Positions 45,331-55,890 of a stretch of DNA of 64,000 nt are shown here, in pieces. How positions within the stretch are numbered: the stretch's first letter is position 1; every line of letters begins with the position of its first letter. The translations under genes were made by a program, and so were the position numbers. Source of the DNA: an uncultured Thiotrichaceae bacterium (GTDB lineage: Bacteria > Pseudomonadota > Gammaproteobacteria > SZUA-229); assembly GCA_964441285.1 (NCBI GenBank), contig CAYTUK010000007.1:17736-81735 (forward strand), written 5' to 3'. Below the pieces are notes generated by a model, which saw only the letters and a program-made list of their open reading frames with translations, did not search any database and had not been told where the DNA came from.

Positions 45331-45987
45331 ATGAGCGATTTTGAAACACAAGACCAGCAGGTTGAAGCGGTTAAGACGTGGTTGAAGGAAAATTTTAGTT
45401 CCATAATTTTGGGTTTAAGTCTGGGAGTGCTGGTCTTAGTCGGCTGGAATTATTATACCGGCCACCGCAATAGTCATACCATTAAGGCCAGTAATTTGTA
45501 TATGACAGCCGCACAGCTAATTGCTATTAATGGTGTTAACGAAGAAGTTATTGATATTAATAATCAGTTGAATAATGATTATGAAGATACACCTTATGCA
45601 GCGATTACATCGTTATTAATGGCCAGTAAAGAATATGAGAAGGGCGACGTAAGCGATGCCATCGAGCAGCTTAAATGGGCAGCGAAACATGCGACGACCG
45701 ATGAAATTAAACAAATTTCTGTTTTACGCCTTAGTCGAATATTGATTGAAAAGAAACAATACGATAAAGCCATGTCATACCTGAATAAAAAACATGCCTC
45801 CAGTTTTGATGCTTTTTATAAAGAACTAAAAGGGGATATTTATGTGGCAAAAGGACAGCTTTCTGCAGCACGTAAGGCTTACGATAAAGCCATTAGTTTG
45901 AGTGCTAATCCAGGTAAACTCTTAATGTTAAAACGAGAAAACCTTGGCGACAATCAGCCTTCTTCCAGTGATTCTGTAGCGTCATGA
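45331..45987 (+). CDS. yfgM: YfgM ancillary SecYEG translocon TPR protein
   Basis: QVEAVK.W.KEN, one TM helix, TPR; hisS-bamB synteny. Confidence 0.85.
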   Translation: MSDFETQDQQVEAVKTWLKENFSSIILGLSLGVLVLVGWNYYTGHRNSHTIKASNLYMTAAQLIAINGVNEEVIDINNQLNNDYEDTPYAAITSLLMASKEYEKGDVSDAIEQLKWAAKHATTDEIKQISVLRLSRILIEKKQYDKAMSYLNKKHASSFDAFYKELKGDIYVAKGQLSAARKAYDKAISLSANPGKLLMLKRENLGDNQPSSSDSVAS

Positions 45988-46059
45988 TCCGTCCTGTTAG
46001 TATGTTACATTGCCGTATCACTTCCCATAACTATCATTAATAAACATAATCCTGTTACC

Positions 46060-47292
46060 GTGTATTTAAACCTGCTTACTCAAAACAAATTCCAACTTAA
46101 AAAAGTTAAACATGCTGTTAATGTTTGTTTGCTTCTCCTTTTCTCATCGATGCTTTTTTCCTGTGCAGATAAAAGCAATATTGATCAGCCGACTGAACTG
46201 CTTCCGCTTAACAGCCATTACGCATTTACTGTTAACTGGCTCGCCTCGACGGGGAAAGGGGTTGGTAGTCAGTATCTATTTTTAAGGCCTTTAGTCCTTA
46301 AAAAGAATATCATTACCACCAGCCGTAATGGTGTCATTAATGTTATTAATTTGCACACAGGAGAATCTACAAAAAAGATTGATTTGCATGTAACCATTAG
46401 TGCCGGGCTCGGTGGCAATGAGAAAACCTGGCTGGTTGCGACTCGTGGAGCCTACGTTATTGCTATCGACGCTAAAACAGAAAAAGAAATATGGCGTACG
46501 CGTGTTTCCAGTGAAGTTCTGGCAACTCCGGTTATTTATCAGGGCGCAGTACTGGTAAGAACGATTGACGGAAAAATTATAAGTCTTGATCTCTCGAATG
46601 GAAAATTACGCTGGCAGTATGAACATGTGTTGCCCAATTTAACCTTACGTGGTAACGGTGCACTGGTTATTTTTCGTGGACATATAATTGCTGGTCTGGC
46701 AAGTGGGCGTATTCTTGCACTGTCTCCCAGGACGGGTGCAGTACTGTGGAATGTTGCACTGGCAGTACCAAAAGGCAGTTCGGAAATTCAGCGACTGGTT
46801 GATGTTGATGGCCATGCGGAGTTGTATGGACGAATATTATACGCAGCCAGTTACCAGGGTAGAATGGCAGCGATAGATGTTGAACGCGGAAAATTTTTAT
46901 GGGCACGTAATTTTTCAACACACACAGGTGTAACGGTTGATAGTGAAGTTATATACAGTACCGATGACAATGGGTTTATTTGGGCAATGAACCGCTTCAG
47001 TGGAGCAACCTTATGGAAGCAGACAAAACTTGCCCATCGTCGTGTCACACGTCCGGTAATTATAGGCAATTATCTAGCTGTAGGTGACTATCAAGGTTAT
47101 ATCCATTTATTATCACGCATTGATGGGCATCTCGTTGCAAGATTTCAGATTGGTCAATACGACCAAAAGGGCTGGCAGCTTGCGTCAGGGATTATTGTCC
47201 CGCCTGTTGTTATAAGTAAGAACAAATTATTGATCATATCTCGCGGTGGCATGGCTTACTTATTACAATTTCATCAGAAGAATAAAAATTAA
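46060..47292 (+). CDS. bamB: Outer membrane assembly lipoprotein BamB
   Basis: Lipobox FSC, PQQ-like beta-propeller, LTLRG, EIQRLVDVD. Confidence 0.92.
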   Translation: MYLNLLTQNKFQLKKVKHAVNVCLLLLFSSMLFSCADKSNIDQPTELLPLNSHYAFTVNWLASTGKGVGSQYLFLRPLVLKKNIITTSRNGVINVINLHTGESTKKIDLHVTISAGLGGNEKTWLVATRGAYVIAIDAKTEKEIWRTRVSSEVLATPVIYQGAVLVRTIDGKIISLDLSNGKLRWQYEHVLPNLTLRGNGALVIFRGHIIAGLASGRILALSPRTGAVLWNVALAVPKGSSEIQRLVDVDGHAELYGRILYAASYQGRMAAIDVERGKFLWARNFSTHTGVTVDSEVIYSTDDNGFIWAMNRFSGATLWKQTKLAHRRVTRPVIIGNYLAVGDYQGYIHLLSRIDGHLVARFQIGQYDQKGWQLASGIIVPPVVISKNKLLIISRGGMAYLLQFHQKNKN

Positions 47293-47421
47293 TTATTCTC
47301 AAGTTCATGCTGTCGATAAAACTACCTTTTCTAATACCCATAAAAACTGGCTTATTTCAGCTGCTTTATCGTGGTTATTTTATTAAGGCCATTTTTTTAC
47401 ACAGTAATATGAGATAGTTTT

Positions 47422-48825
47422 ATGTCCAGTTTTGTTGTTGCATTAGTTGGACGACCTAATGTTGGAAAGTCTACTTTATTTAACGTGCTTACAAAGTCGC
47501 GTGATGCGCTGGTTGCTGATTTTCCCGGCTTAACCCGGGATCGAAAATATGGCCATATTACTTATGGCAATAATAATTTTATTATTATTGATACCGGCGG
47601 TTTAAGTGGTAATCTCGATGTGCTGGACACAGAGATGGAAAAACAGACTTTACTGGCAGTCAATGAGTCAGATGCCGTTGTCTTTATGGTGGATGCCAGA
47701 GTAGGATTAACTTCTGCTGATGAAGCGATCGCGACATCGCTACGCCGAGCGGGTAAAAATATAACTCTGATTGTAAATAAAACCGATGGTCTCGACCATC
47801 GTATTGCGACGCATGATTTTTATGCGTTGGGTCTTGGTGAGCCAGTTGCCATTGCTGCATCGCAAAACCGGGGTATTCAAACACTAATCGCTGCACTGGT
47901 TCAACACATAAAACCGCTGGATACTGCCGCTGAAAAAAATACTGCAGAAGGCAATAGCAAAGGGATTAAGGTTGCTATTATTGGTCGGCCGAATGTCGGC
48001 AAGTCTACCCTGATTAACCGTTTTCTAGGTGAAGAGCGGGTGGTTGTTTTTGATATGCCCGGCACGACACGCGACAGTATTTATATTCCTTTTGAACGTG
48101 ATGGTAAGCAATATACTTTTATTGATACCGCAGGTGTACGGCGTAAACGTTCTGTACATGAAGTCGTCGAAAAATTCAGTGTAATAAAATCTATGCAGGC
48201 CATCGATGATGCAAATGTTGTTATCATGATGATTGATGCCCGCACAGAAATAGCCGATCAGGATTTGCACCTAATTGGTTACGTACTGGAAGCGGGAAGG
48301 GCACTGGTTCTCACTATAAATAAGTGGGATGGTCTGGGTGATTATCAGAAAGATAAAATTCTTGCCGGTATTGATAAGCAGTTACCCTTTGTTCGGTTTG
48401 CCGAAAACTTTTTTATTTCAGCATTACATGGTTCCGGTGTCGGCAAACTCTTTGCCGCCGTTAATCGTGCTTATGCATCGGCAACCAGAAATTATTCCAC
48501 ATCCGAATTAACCCGGTTACTGGAAAAAGCGGTACAGGGACATCAGCCACCCAGGATACAAGGCCGGCGTATCAAGTTACGCTATGCTCATCAGGGCGGG
48601 ATGAACCCGCCAAGAATAATTATTCATGGCAACCAGGTGAATAAAGTGCCTTCGGGGTATCAGCGCTATCTGATGAATTTTTTTCGTGACGCGCTTAAAT
48701 CGGTGGGTACGCCAATAAAAATTGAATTTAAAGGGGGGAATGCTAACCCTTATACCAGCGATAAAAAGCCTGGCAGAAAAAAAATCAGCGGTAAAAATAT
48801 CAGTAATAAACGATACAAAAACTAA
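47422..48825 (+). CDS. der: Ribosome biogenesis GTPase Der
   Basis: Two GRPNVGKS G-domains and KH-like C-terminus. Confidence 0.98.
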   Translation: MSSFVVALVGRPNVGKSTLFNVLTKSRDALVADFPGLTRDRKYGHITYGNNNFIIIDTGGLSGNLDVLDTEMEKQTLLAVNESDAVVFMVDARVGLTSADEAIATSLRRAGKNITLIVNKTDGLDHRIATHDFYALGLGEPVAIAASQNRGIQTLIAALVQHIKPLDTAAEKNTAEGNSKGIKVAIIGRPNVGKSTLINRFLGEERVVVFDMPGTTRDSIYIPFERDGKQYTFIDTAGVRRKRSVHEVVEKFSVIKSMQAIDDANVVIMMIDARTEIADQDLHLIGYVLEAGRALVLTINKWDGLGDYQKDKILAGIDKQLPFVRFAENFFISALHGSGVGKLFAAVNRAYASATRNYSTSELTRLLEKAVQGHQPPRIQGRRIKLRYAHQGGMNPPRIIIHGNQVNKVPSGYQRYLMNFFRDALKSVGTPIKIEFKGGNANPYTSDKKPGRKKISGKNISNKRYKN

Positions 48826-48838
48826 CAGATTATCCTCA

Positions 48839-49002
48839 GGAATCTCTGCGTAAGCGATGAAATCATCGCTTACAAACTGAAATATCCAGTTTCGGCATGG
48901 CGGAACGCCGCAATTGCCAGATATTACAGGCGTTGTACGCCTTGAAGCTGAGTCCTTCAGCTTGCAATCGATTTCATCTCGAATTAATCAGCGCCCCCCC
49001 CC
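48839..49002. repeat. Multi-hairpin intergenic element with IS5-like ends
   Basis: GGAATCTCTG...AATTAATCAGCG ends resemble the 4548-4621 element; five consecutive internal inverted repeats. Confidence 0.5.
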
Positions 49003-49190
49003 TGAAAAATACGGTGTCTATTGGCATCCATTATGCGGTGGTCTAAAAATATTAGACATATTAGGCAGCTATAAACCCTTTTTGATTAATTAATTAACAT
49101 ATTCGTGGCGTTTGCTTGCCAATGATCATTTTTCGACTATCTTCAATTTATTATTAATTTATAATTACAAGAGTAAGCGGAGTTTACCAA

Positions 49191-50462
49191 ATGAAAAAGC
49201 AGTTAAATCGTATTGCAGTTGCTATTTTTGCAGCCCTTGCTACAACGTCCGCACAGGCAATTCAGTTTGATGGGTTTATGACAGCCGGCGCTTCTATCCA
49301 TGATGGCGGCAGTAATAAAGTCTATCTCGGTAGCCTGGGTGATCGAGGCGTAACCAATAACCTGACTTTTGAAAAAGATACGCGCTTTGGTTTGCAAATC
49401 AGCTCTGACGTGGCTAAAAATATGTCGGTGGTGGCCCAGCTTCTGGGAACCGGTGTCAACAGTAATTTTAATGCCATTGTCGAATGGGCCTATATTGATT
49501 ATACGGTTAATGACTTTGCCAGCATTCATGTGGGTAAAATTAAGCAGCCCGTATACCTGGTAAACGATTATGTCGAAGTCGGTTATGCCTATCCGTGGAT
49601 TCGGCCACCAGGTGAAGTGTATTATCAGAATAATCCGTTAGATACCATTAATGGTATTGAAGTATTATTACGCTTTCCTGTGGGTAATGGCACCTTGTCC
49701 TTCCAGCCTTATTTTGGCTCAAACCGCGATAAAATTCCTAATGCAGGTGGTGCTTATTTTGAAGCCGATAATATTTATGGTCTGGACATCGCCTATTCTG
49801 GCAAGGGTTATACTGCACATGCCAGCGATTTCCACTGTAACCAGGTGAGAACGGTAGGGCAGTTAAATAATGTACCAGCAGGGCCATTAGGAACGGTAAA
49901 TATTAACCTTAACGGTATTGGCGAGTGTAATGTTGCGGCCGTTGGCTTTAATCTGGACATTGACAATGTAGTGGTGTATTCCGAATGGCAGCGACGCACC
50001 ACCACCAAAGGACTGTCGCGCCCATTTGGTGATCAGACCGGCTGGTATACCACCGTGGGTTATCGTATGGGTAAATGGTTGCCTCACCTTACCTTTGCCA
50101 GTACTTATGGTAGCGCATCGACTTACGGATTAAGTAGTGGTACTGGGGCAATTACTGGGGCACCACCAGGTCCGCCTAATTTACCAACAGGCGCATCGCT
50201 GAATTTCCCAGTCGCAATACAGACCTCCATTACGGCTGGATTACGTTATGAAGTGAATGATAGCGCTGCCTTAAAAGTGGAATATGAGGTGGTTAATGTA
50301 GAAACGAATCAGGCTAAGCTGGCGGCGGCGAATGAACCAGGTGGCGGCTTGCTTCCTCGTGTAAACTATGGTTTGTTTAATACTAATTTCTCCGGCTTCC
50401 CCGGTAACTTGCCCACCAAGAATATTGGTATTCTTAGTGTCGCGCTGGATGTGATTTTTTAG
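49191..50462 (+). CDS. Putative outer membrane beta-barrel porin
   Basis: Signal peptide (AQA), DTRFGLQ, EWAY, DYVEVGYAYPWIRPP.EVY family motif, terminal Phe. Confidence 0.75.
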   Translation: MKKQLNRIAVAIFAALATTSAQAIQFDGFMTAGASIHDGGSNKVYLGSLGDRGVTNNLTFEKDTRFGLQISSDVAKNMSVVAQLLGTGVNSNFNAIVEWAYIDYTVNDFASIHVGKIKQPVYLVNDYVEVGYAYPWIRPPGEVYYQNNPLDTINGIEVLLRFPVGNGTLSFQPYFGSNRDKIPNAGGAYFEADNIYGLDIAYSGKGYTAHASDFHCNQVRTVGQLNNVPAGPLGTVNINLNGIGECNVAAVGFNLDIDNVVVYSEWQRRTTTKGLSRPFGDQTGWYTTVGYRMGKWLPHLTFASTYGSASTYGLSSGTGAITGAPPGPPNLPTGASLNFPVAIQTSITAGLRYEVNDSAALKVEYEVVNVETNQAKLAAANEPGGGLLPRVNYGLFNTNFSGFPGNLPTKNIGILSVALDVIF

Positions 50463-50533
50463 GTGGTTGGCATGAGTAAGAGAATTATACCGGCGTTAAA
50501 TTGATAATATTTTTATAGTGTAGAGCTTATAAG

Positions 50534-51481
50534 TTGATGATTATGCTTAATGCAAAACAGAAAAACTTTTTTGAGTTATTGATTGCCGAGAAGGGCAGTA
50601 ATACGCAACTTAACCGGTTGATGCTGTTGCTGTTATTATTAATTATAATAATGCTAATTATCCCCAGCTTTGCTTATGCGAATGGCCTGTTTGATTTTCA
50701 AATGAAAATGGCTAAAAGGGGCAGTGCTGAGGCACAGTTTAAAGTCGGTGAAATGTATGAAACGGGTTTTGGTATAAAACAGAATAAACAGAAAGGCATT
50801 AAATGGATTAAAGAAGCGGCTAAAAATGGTCATGAAACAGCGGGTTTTAAACTGCTGTACTGGGATTTGGAAAAAAATGGTATTACCCGTGCAAACAAAA
50901 CAAAATTTGCGGCTTTAAAAGCGAAAGCGATGGCAGCGAATCCTCAGGCGATGTATTACATGGGGAAGATGTATGCGCACGGTGCGGGGGTAAAAACCAA
51001 CTATGTGAAATCTTTGCGGTGGCTGAATAAAGCGGCACTGGTCGGTATACAGTCCGCTGAGCAGGAAATGGACACGGTTCGTGAGAAACAGCAACTCCGG
51101 TTAACCGTTAAACGCCGGGCCTATGAGAAAAAACGTGCCCAGTTAAAGGCCAGTCAGGATGCTGAGAGACAGAAGCAGAAGGCTAAAAGACAGAAGCAGC
51201 TTCAATTGAAAAAACAACAGCAGACGAGAGCCAGGGCTAAGGCGCAGATTGAAGCATTATATAAAAACCAGCAGATTAAAAAGGCCGCTGCCGCGTCATT
51301 GCAAAAGCAAAAAGCAAGCACCGCAGCAGCAACGGCAAAACAAAAGGCAGAGCAGCGCCAGCTGGAAGAAAAAAAACAGGCATTGCTTAGAAAACGTGCC
51401 ATCAAACAGCAACATAAAGAAAAATTTGAATCTGACCCCTGTAGTAGCCGGTCAGCCCGCTTTTTATCAACCTGCCGCTGA
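50534..51481 (+). CDS. Exported Sel1-like repeat protein with a coiled-coil tail; start uncertain
   Basis: AEAQFKVGEMYETG.G, AMYYMGKMYAHG.GV; Lys/Gln/Ala-rich tail. Confidence 0.85.
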   Translation: MMIMLNAKQKNFFELLIAEKGSNTQLNRLMLLLLLLIIIMLIIPSFAYANGLFDFQMKMAKRGSAEAQFKVGEMYETGFGIKQNKQKGIKWIKEAAKNGHETAGFKLLYWDLEKNGITRANKTKFAALKAKAMAANPQAMYYMGKMYAHGAGVKTNYVKSLRWLNKAALVGIQSAEQEMDTVREKQQLRLTVKRRAYEKKRAQLKASQDAERQKQKAKRQKQLQLKKQQQTRARAKAQIEALYKNQQIKKAAAASLQKQKASTAAATAKQKAEQRQLEEKKQALLRKRAIKQQHKEKFESDPCSSRSARFLSTCR

Positions 51482-51484
51482 TTT

Positions 51485-51629
51485 TACTAACAGGATGGAT
51501 GAAAGGCTATGGATGGATGAAAGGCTATCTGTTGTTCACCGTCAGCCGCAGGGATGCGGGTGCCGGGCTTACATAGCAGTGTTTACCGCGTGTCTTGAAC
51601 ACCAGGTAGCTTTTTTATCTGTTTCAGTA
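51485..51629 (+). repeat. Family A repeat, copy 6, with an internal 18-bp duplication
   Basis: TACTAACA-(GGATGGATGAAAGGCTAT)x2...CCGTCAGCCGCAGGGATGCGGG...GTTTCAGTA. Confidence 0.9.
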
Positions 51630-51847
51630 ATGCGATAAAGTGTCTTGCTCTCGCACTGATCTGGACTTGTGGGAGGTTTTTCTGTCTGTTGCTTATCCAG
51701 TCCAGCTAATAACCCGAGCCTCTCTGGTTATTAGCACATAAGTTTTATTTTACAGCTTTGTCCCGACATGGTTCGGGGTATAATCAACTTCCTGTTTTTT
51801 CCTACCGTTATTAACTCGGCAGATTTCTCTGAAAAATCCATGTTTTT

Positions 51848-53857
51848 ATGACAGAGCCTTTTTTACACGCATCAGATTATCTTGCTTCAGAAGGACCATT
51901 TTGTGAGCAAATCAGTGGTTATCAGGTAAGAGATAACCAGCTGATGCTTTGTGATGCAATCGAAACAGCGATTGAGAATCAGGGTGTATTGAGTGCGGAG
52001 GCGGGAACCGGCATTGGTAAAACATTTGCGTATCTGGTGCCCGCATTACTGTCCGCGCGTAAGGTTGTTATTTCAACTGGGACACGCCACTTACAGGATC
52101 AGCTCTATCATACTGATCTACCGCGTGTCATCAAAGCATTAAGCATTAATACCAAAACAGCTTTATTAAAAGGTCGGAGCAATTACTTATGTTTCCACCG
52201 TTTGAATTTATCCCCCCATCTAGGTTTCGTGAATCAGGAAACTGCGGCACTTTTACATGCTATTGGTGCGTGGTCAAAACAGACGGCAGTGGGAGACATT
52301 GCAGAATTAAGCCAGATTGCTGAAGATTCCCCTGTCTGGCCGATGGTAACTTCCACCGCAGATAACTGCCTTGGTGGTGAATGTGACTACTGGTCAGACT
52401 GTTTCATCGTTAAGGCGAGAAAGAAAGCACAGGAAGCCGATGTGCTGGTGATTAATCACCATTTACTGTTGGCAGATATGACACTGAAAAACGAAGGCTT
52501 TGCCGAATTACTCCCCACTGCTGAGGCATTTGTAATTGATGAAGCGCATCAACTTTATGCTGTGGCAGCACGATTTTTTGGCAGTAAAGTGAGTAGTCGA
52601 CAGATTATTTCTCTGGTAAAAGACACGATTGCAGAGCAGATAAATGGTGCGGCTGATATGGCAGAATTAAGAGAGTTCGCTGAAAATTTGGAGAAAGCAG
52701 CGCGTGACTTTCGACTGGTGTTAGGTGATATGGGTCTGCGCGAAGCCTGGTCAGGAATTAAACATACCACTTTAGTTGCTCGGGCTGTCGACAGGCTTTT
52801 AAATTCGATAAAAAATTTGTTAGCGGCGTTACAGATTGCAGCAGAGCGAACGCGTGGGCTGGACCAATGCTGTGAGCGTTGTGCGGTACTGCTGGCGCGC
52901 TTCGAATGCTTTATCACGCCAGCCGATACTCAGCAATCGGCGGATAAAAAAGGTCAATCTGTGAAGCCGGAAAAAGTAGCCGAGGTACTCTGGTATGAAA
53001 CATTTAGCCGTAGTTTTATCTTGCATTCAACTCCTGTCGATATTGCCAGCCTGTTTCAACAACATACCAATAATTTTGAAAAAGCATGGGTTTTCACCTC
53101 TGCCACCTTGCAGGTAAACCAGACGTTTGGACATTTTACACAGAATATAGGGCTGGATAACAGCGATAAAAATTTCCGCAGTGGTGTTTGGGAAAGCCCC
53201 TTTGACTATCAGCAGCAAAGTTTATTGTATCTGCCGCCAGCATTACCACAGCCATCAGCAGCGAATTATATACAACAATTTATTGATGCAGCGCTGCCAG
53301 TATTAACCGCAAGTCAGGGCCGAGCCTTTATACTCTTTACCAGTTACCGTGCAATGCATACTGCACATAATATTTTAAAAAATAAGCTTTCTTATCCATT
53401 GCTGGTACAGGGTGATTTACCTAAACATCAGTTGCTGGAAACTTTTCGAGAAACAGATCATGCCATTCTTCTGGGCACTTCCAGTTTCTGGGAAGGTGTC
53501 GATGTTCGCGGTAGCGCCCTGTCCTGTGTCATTATTGACAAGCTGCCATTTGCTTCACCAGGTGATCCGGTTATGCAGGCGCGAATTGATGCGATAAAAA
53601 AACGTGGCGGTAATGCGTTTATGGAATTTCAGGTACCGCAGGCTGTAATTACCTTGAAGCAAGGTATTGGCCGCTTAATTCGTGATGTAAAAGATCAGGG
53701 TGTGGTGATGATTGGTGACCCAAGAATTCAGCAAAAATTATACGGCAGGATCTTCCTGAACAGCCTGCCATTGATGTCGCGCACATCAAAGATTGAAGAT
53801 GTCATTAATTTTTTTCAGCACAGTATCAGTGCTGCAACGAAGGTTGTGGTTAAATGA
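51848..53857 (+). CDS. yoaA: DinG-family ATP-dependent DNA helicase
   Basis: EAGTGIGKT, KGRSNYLC, DEAH, TSATL, FWEGVDV, LKQGIGRLIR; next to tsaB. Confidence 0.92.
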   Translation: MTEPFLHASDYLASEGPFCEQISGYQVRDNQLMLCDAIETAIENQGVLSAEAGTGIGKTFAYLVPALLSARKVVISTGTRHLQDQLYHTDLPRVIKALSINTKTALLKGRSNYLCFHRLNLSPHLGFVNQETAALLHAIGAWSKQTAVGDIAELSQIAEDSPVWPMVTSTADNCLGGECDYWSDCFIVKARKKAQEADVLVINHHLLLADMTLKNEGFAELLPTAEAFVIDEAHQLYAVAARFFGSKVSSRQIISLVKDTIAEQINGAADMAELREFAENLEKAARDFRLVLGDMGLREAWSGIKHTTLVARAVDRLLNSIKNLLAALQIAAERTRGLDQCCERCAVLLARFECFITPADTQQSADKKGQSVKPEKVAEVLWYETFSRSFILHSTPVDIASLFQQHTNNFEKAWVFTSATLQVNQTFGHFTQNIGLDNSDKNFRSGVWESPFDYQQQSLLYLPPALPQPSAANYIQQFIDAALPVLTASQGRAFILFTSYRAMHTAHNILKNKLSYPLLVQGDLPKHQLLETFRETDHAILLGTSSFWEGVDVRGSALSCVIIDKLPFASPGDPVMQARIDAIKKRGGNAFMEFQVPQAVITLKQGIGRLIRDVKDQGVVMIGDPRIQQKLYGRIFLNSLPLMSRTSKIEDVINFFQHSISAATKVVVK

Positions 53858-54582
53858 AAATATTGGCGCTTGATACTGCAACAGAATCCTGTTCGGCGGC
53901 GCTGTATCAGGACGGTGGAATTATTTCGCGTTATCAGCTCGCGCCGCGAAAGCACAGCCAGCTAATCCTTAAAATGATTGATGAATTAATGCAGGAAGCG
54001 GGTGTGAAACTGTCTAATCTGGACGCAATTGCGTTTGGTCGTGGTCCTGGTGCTTTTATGGGTGTTCGTATTGCTGCTGGCGTTGTTCAAGGTCTTGCTT
54101 TTGCACAGGATCTACCTGTTATTCCAGTGTCAAATCTTCTCGCGATTGCAGCAGAAGCTCGCTACCAGACGGGTGCAGAAAACATTCTCTGCGCCATTGA
54201 TGCGCGCATGAGTGAAGTTTACTGGGCCGCTTACCAGTTTAACAAAACTGGCAGCTGGGAAAATATTGTTGATGAATGTGTCTGTTCGCCACAACGTGTC
54301 ATTTATCCAAATAAAGGTATCTGGCTGGGTGCAGGCACAGGCTGGGGCAGTTACGCTGACAGGTTGTCGATGGCAGCAATTAATCTAAAAACTATTTTGC
54401 CTGCATGTTTACCTTCAGCCACGGCAATTGTTCATCTGGCAGTGAAAGACTATCAGCAGGGACGTACTGTTGTCGCGGCAGAAGCACAACCCGTCTATTT
54501 GCGTAATAATGTAGCAAAGAAACCACAGCAGAAGACCTACGCTTCCTATTTGAATTTGAAAAACACAAAGTCTGGTAATTGA
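53854..54582 (+). CDS. tsaB: t6A biosynthesis protein TsaB
   Basis: ILALDTATE.CS, GRGPGAF.GVRI, IDARM.EVY, PVYLRN. Confidence 0.95.
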   Translation: MKILALDTATESCSAALYQDGGIISRYQLAPRKHSQLILKMIDELMQEAGVKLSNLDAIAFGRGPGAFMGVRIAAGVVQGLAFAQDLPVIPVSNLLAIAAEARYQTGAENILCAIDARMSEVYWAAYQFNKTGSWENIVDECVCSPQRVIYPNKGIWLGAGTGWGSYADRLSMAAINLKTILPACLPSATAIVHLAVKDYQQGRTVVAAEAQPVYLRNNVAKKPQQKTYASYLNLKNTKSGN

Positions 54583-54642
54583 AACAAGAGCGAATAGTGT
54601 TAACGATCTATCTTTATACAACATGGCGATACAATGGTTACA

Positions 54643-54668
54643 TACTAACAGTACAGATGAAAAGGCTG
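54643..54668 (+). repeat. Family A repeat, copy 7 (isolated arm)
   Basis: TACTAACAGTACAGATGAAAAGGCT is the exact reverse complement of the end of copy 2. Confidence 0.75.
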
Positions 54669-54734
54669 GCGGTATGCTTTTACGGGTTTCTCCGGTAAAA
54701 TTCGATGATTAGACAAACAGGTGTTAAATAAAGT

Positions 54735-55830
54735 ATGGAAATTAATCCAGTTACCAATAAAATAAATGACCTTGGTGAGCGTACGCAGTCGCTAAGGGGG
54801 TATCTTTGACTTTGACAGGCGTAAAGAAGAGCTTGAAGAAGTCAATCGTGAGTTAGAACAACCAGGGGTTTGGAATAACGCCGAGAACGCGCAGAAACTT
54901 GGCCAGGAACGTGTTCGCCTGGAAAAAATTGTACTCGTTATTGAAAGCTTAAACGCAGCACTGGATGATGCTGGAGTGCTACTGGAGATGGCGGTAGAAG
55001 ATAATGATGAGAGCAGTGTTGCCGCTGTTATTGAGGATTTAACCGCACTGGAATCAAAGGTTATTGAGCTAGAGTTTCGGCGTATGTTCTCCGGCGAAAT
55101 GGATGCCAACAACGCATTTCTGGATATACAGTCTGGTTCTGGTGGCACTGAAGCACAGGACTGGGCCGAAATGCTATTGCGTATGTACTTACGCTGGGGT
55201 GAGGCGCATGGTTTTACAACGGAACTGATGGAAGCATCGCCCGGTGATGTTGCGGGTATAAAAAGTGCTACGATTCGAATTGCCGGTGAATATGTCTATG
55301 GTCGGTTGCGTACCGAAACAGGCGTGCATCGTCTGGTAAGAAAATCTCCGTTTGATTCCGGTAATCGTCGCCATACTTCTTTTGCAGCGGTATTTGTATC
55401 GCCCGAAATTGATGATGACATCGAAATTGATATTAATCCGGCAGACCTGCGGATTGATGTTTATCGTGCCAGTGGTGCGGGTGGTCAGCATGTGAACCGA
55501 ACCGAATCAGCGGTACGTATTACGCACAACCCGACCGGGACTGTCGTACAATGTCAGAATGATCGGTCACAACATAAAAATAAAGCCAGCGCGATGAAGC
55601 AGTTAAAGGCTAAACTGTATGAACTGGAAATACAGAAACGCAATGCCAATCAGCAGGCGATTGAAGAAACCAAATCGGATATAGGCTGGGGTAGCCAGAT
55701 ACGTTCGTATGTACTCGATCAGTCACGGATTAAAGATTTACGCACCAATGTTGAAACAGGGAATACCCAGGCAGTGCTGGATGGTGATCTTGATCAGTTT
55801 ATTGAGGCAAGTTTAAAACTTGGGTTCTAG
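54735..55830 (+). CDS. prfB: Peptide chain release factor 2, with programmed +1 frameshift
   Basis: ATG 54735; AGGGGG-TAT-CTT-TGA-C at 54795-54810; +1 frame carries SPF and GGQ. Confidence 0.97.
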
Positions 55831-55890
55831 GCCAGCGCTGATTAACGCCTGCATGTTTTTACTACGGTCGCGTTAATCTTATATATCCAT

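Noticed and set aside
51661-51735. Inverted repeats CTGGACT/AGTCCAG and GCTAATAACC/GGTTATTAGC upstream of yoaA
   Set aside because: No immediate U-tract, no second copy and no recognisable RNA family; no function can be assigned.
55827-55846. CTAGGCCAGCGCTGATTAAC, and CTAGGAGCCTGTCCGA at about 59168, as IS ends
   Set aside because: Single short matches with no partner end or transposase; too weak to call.
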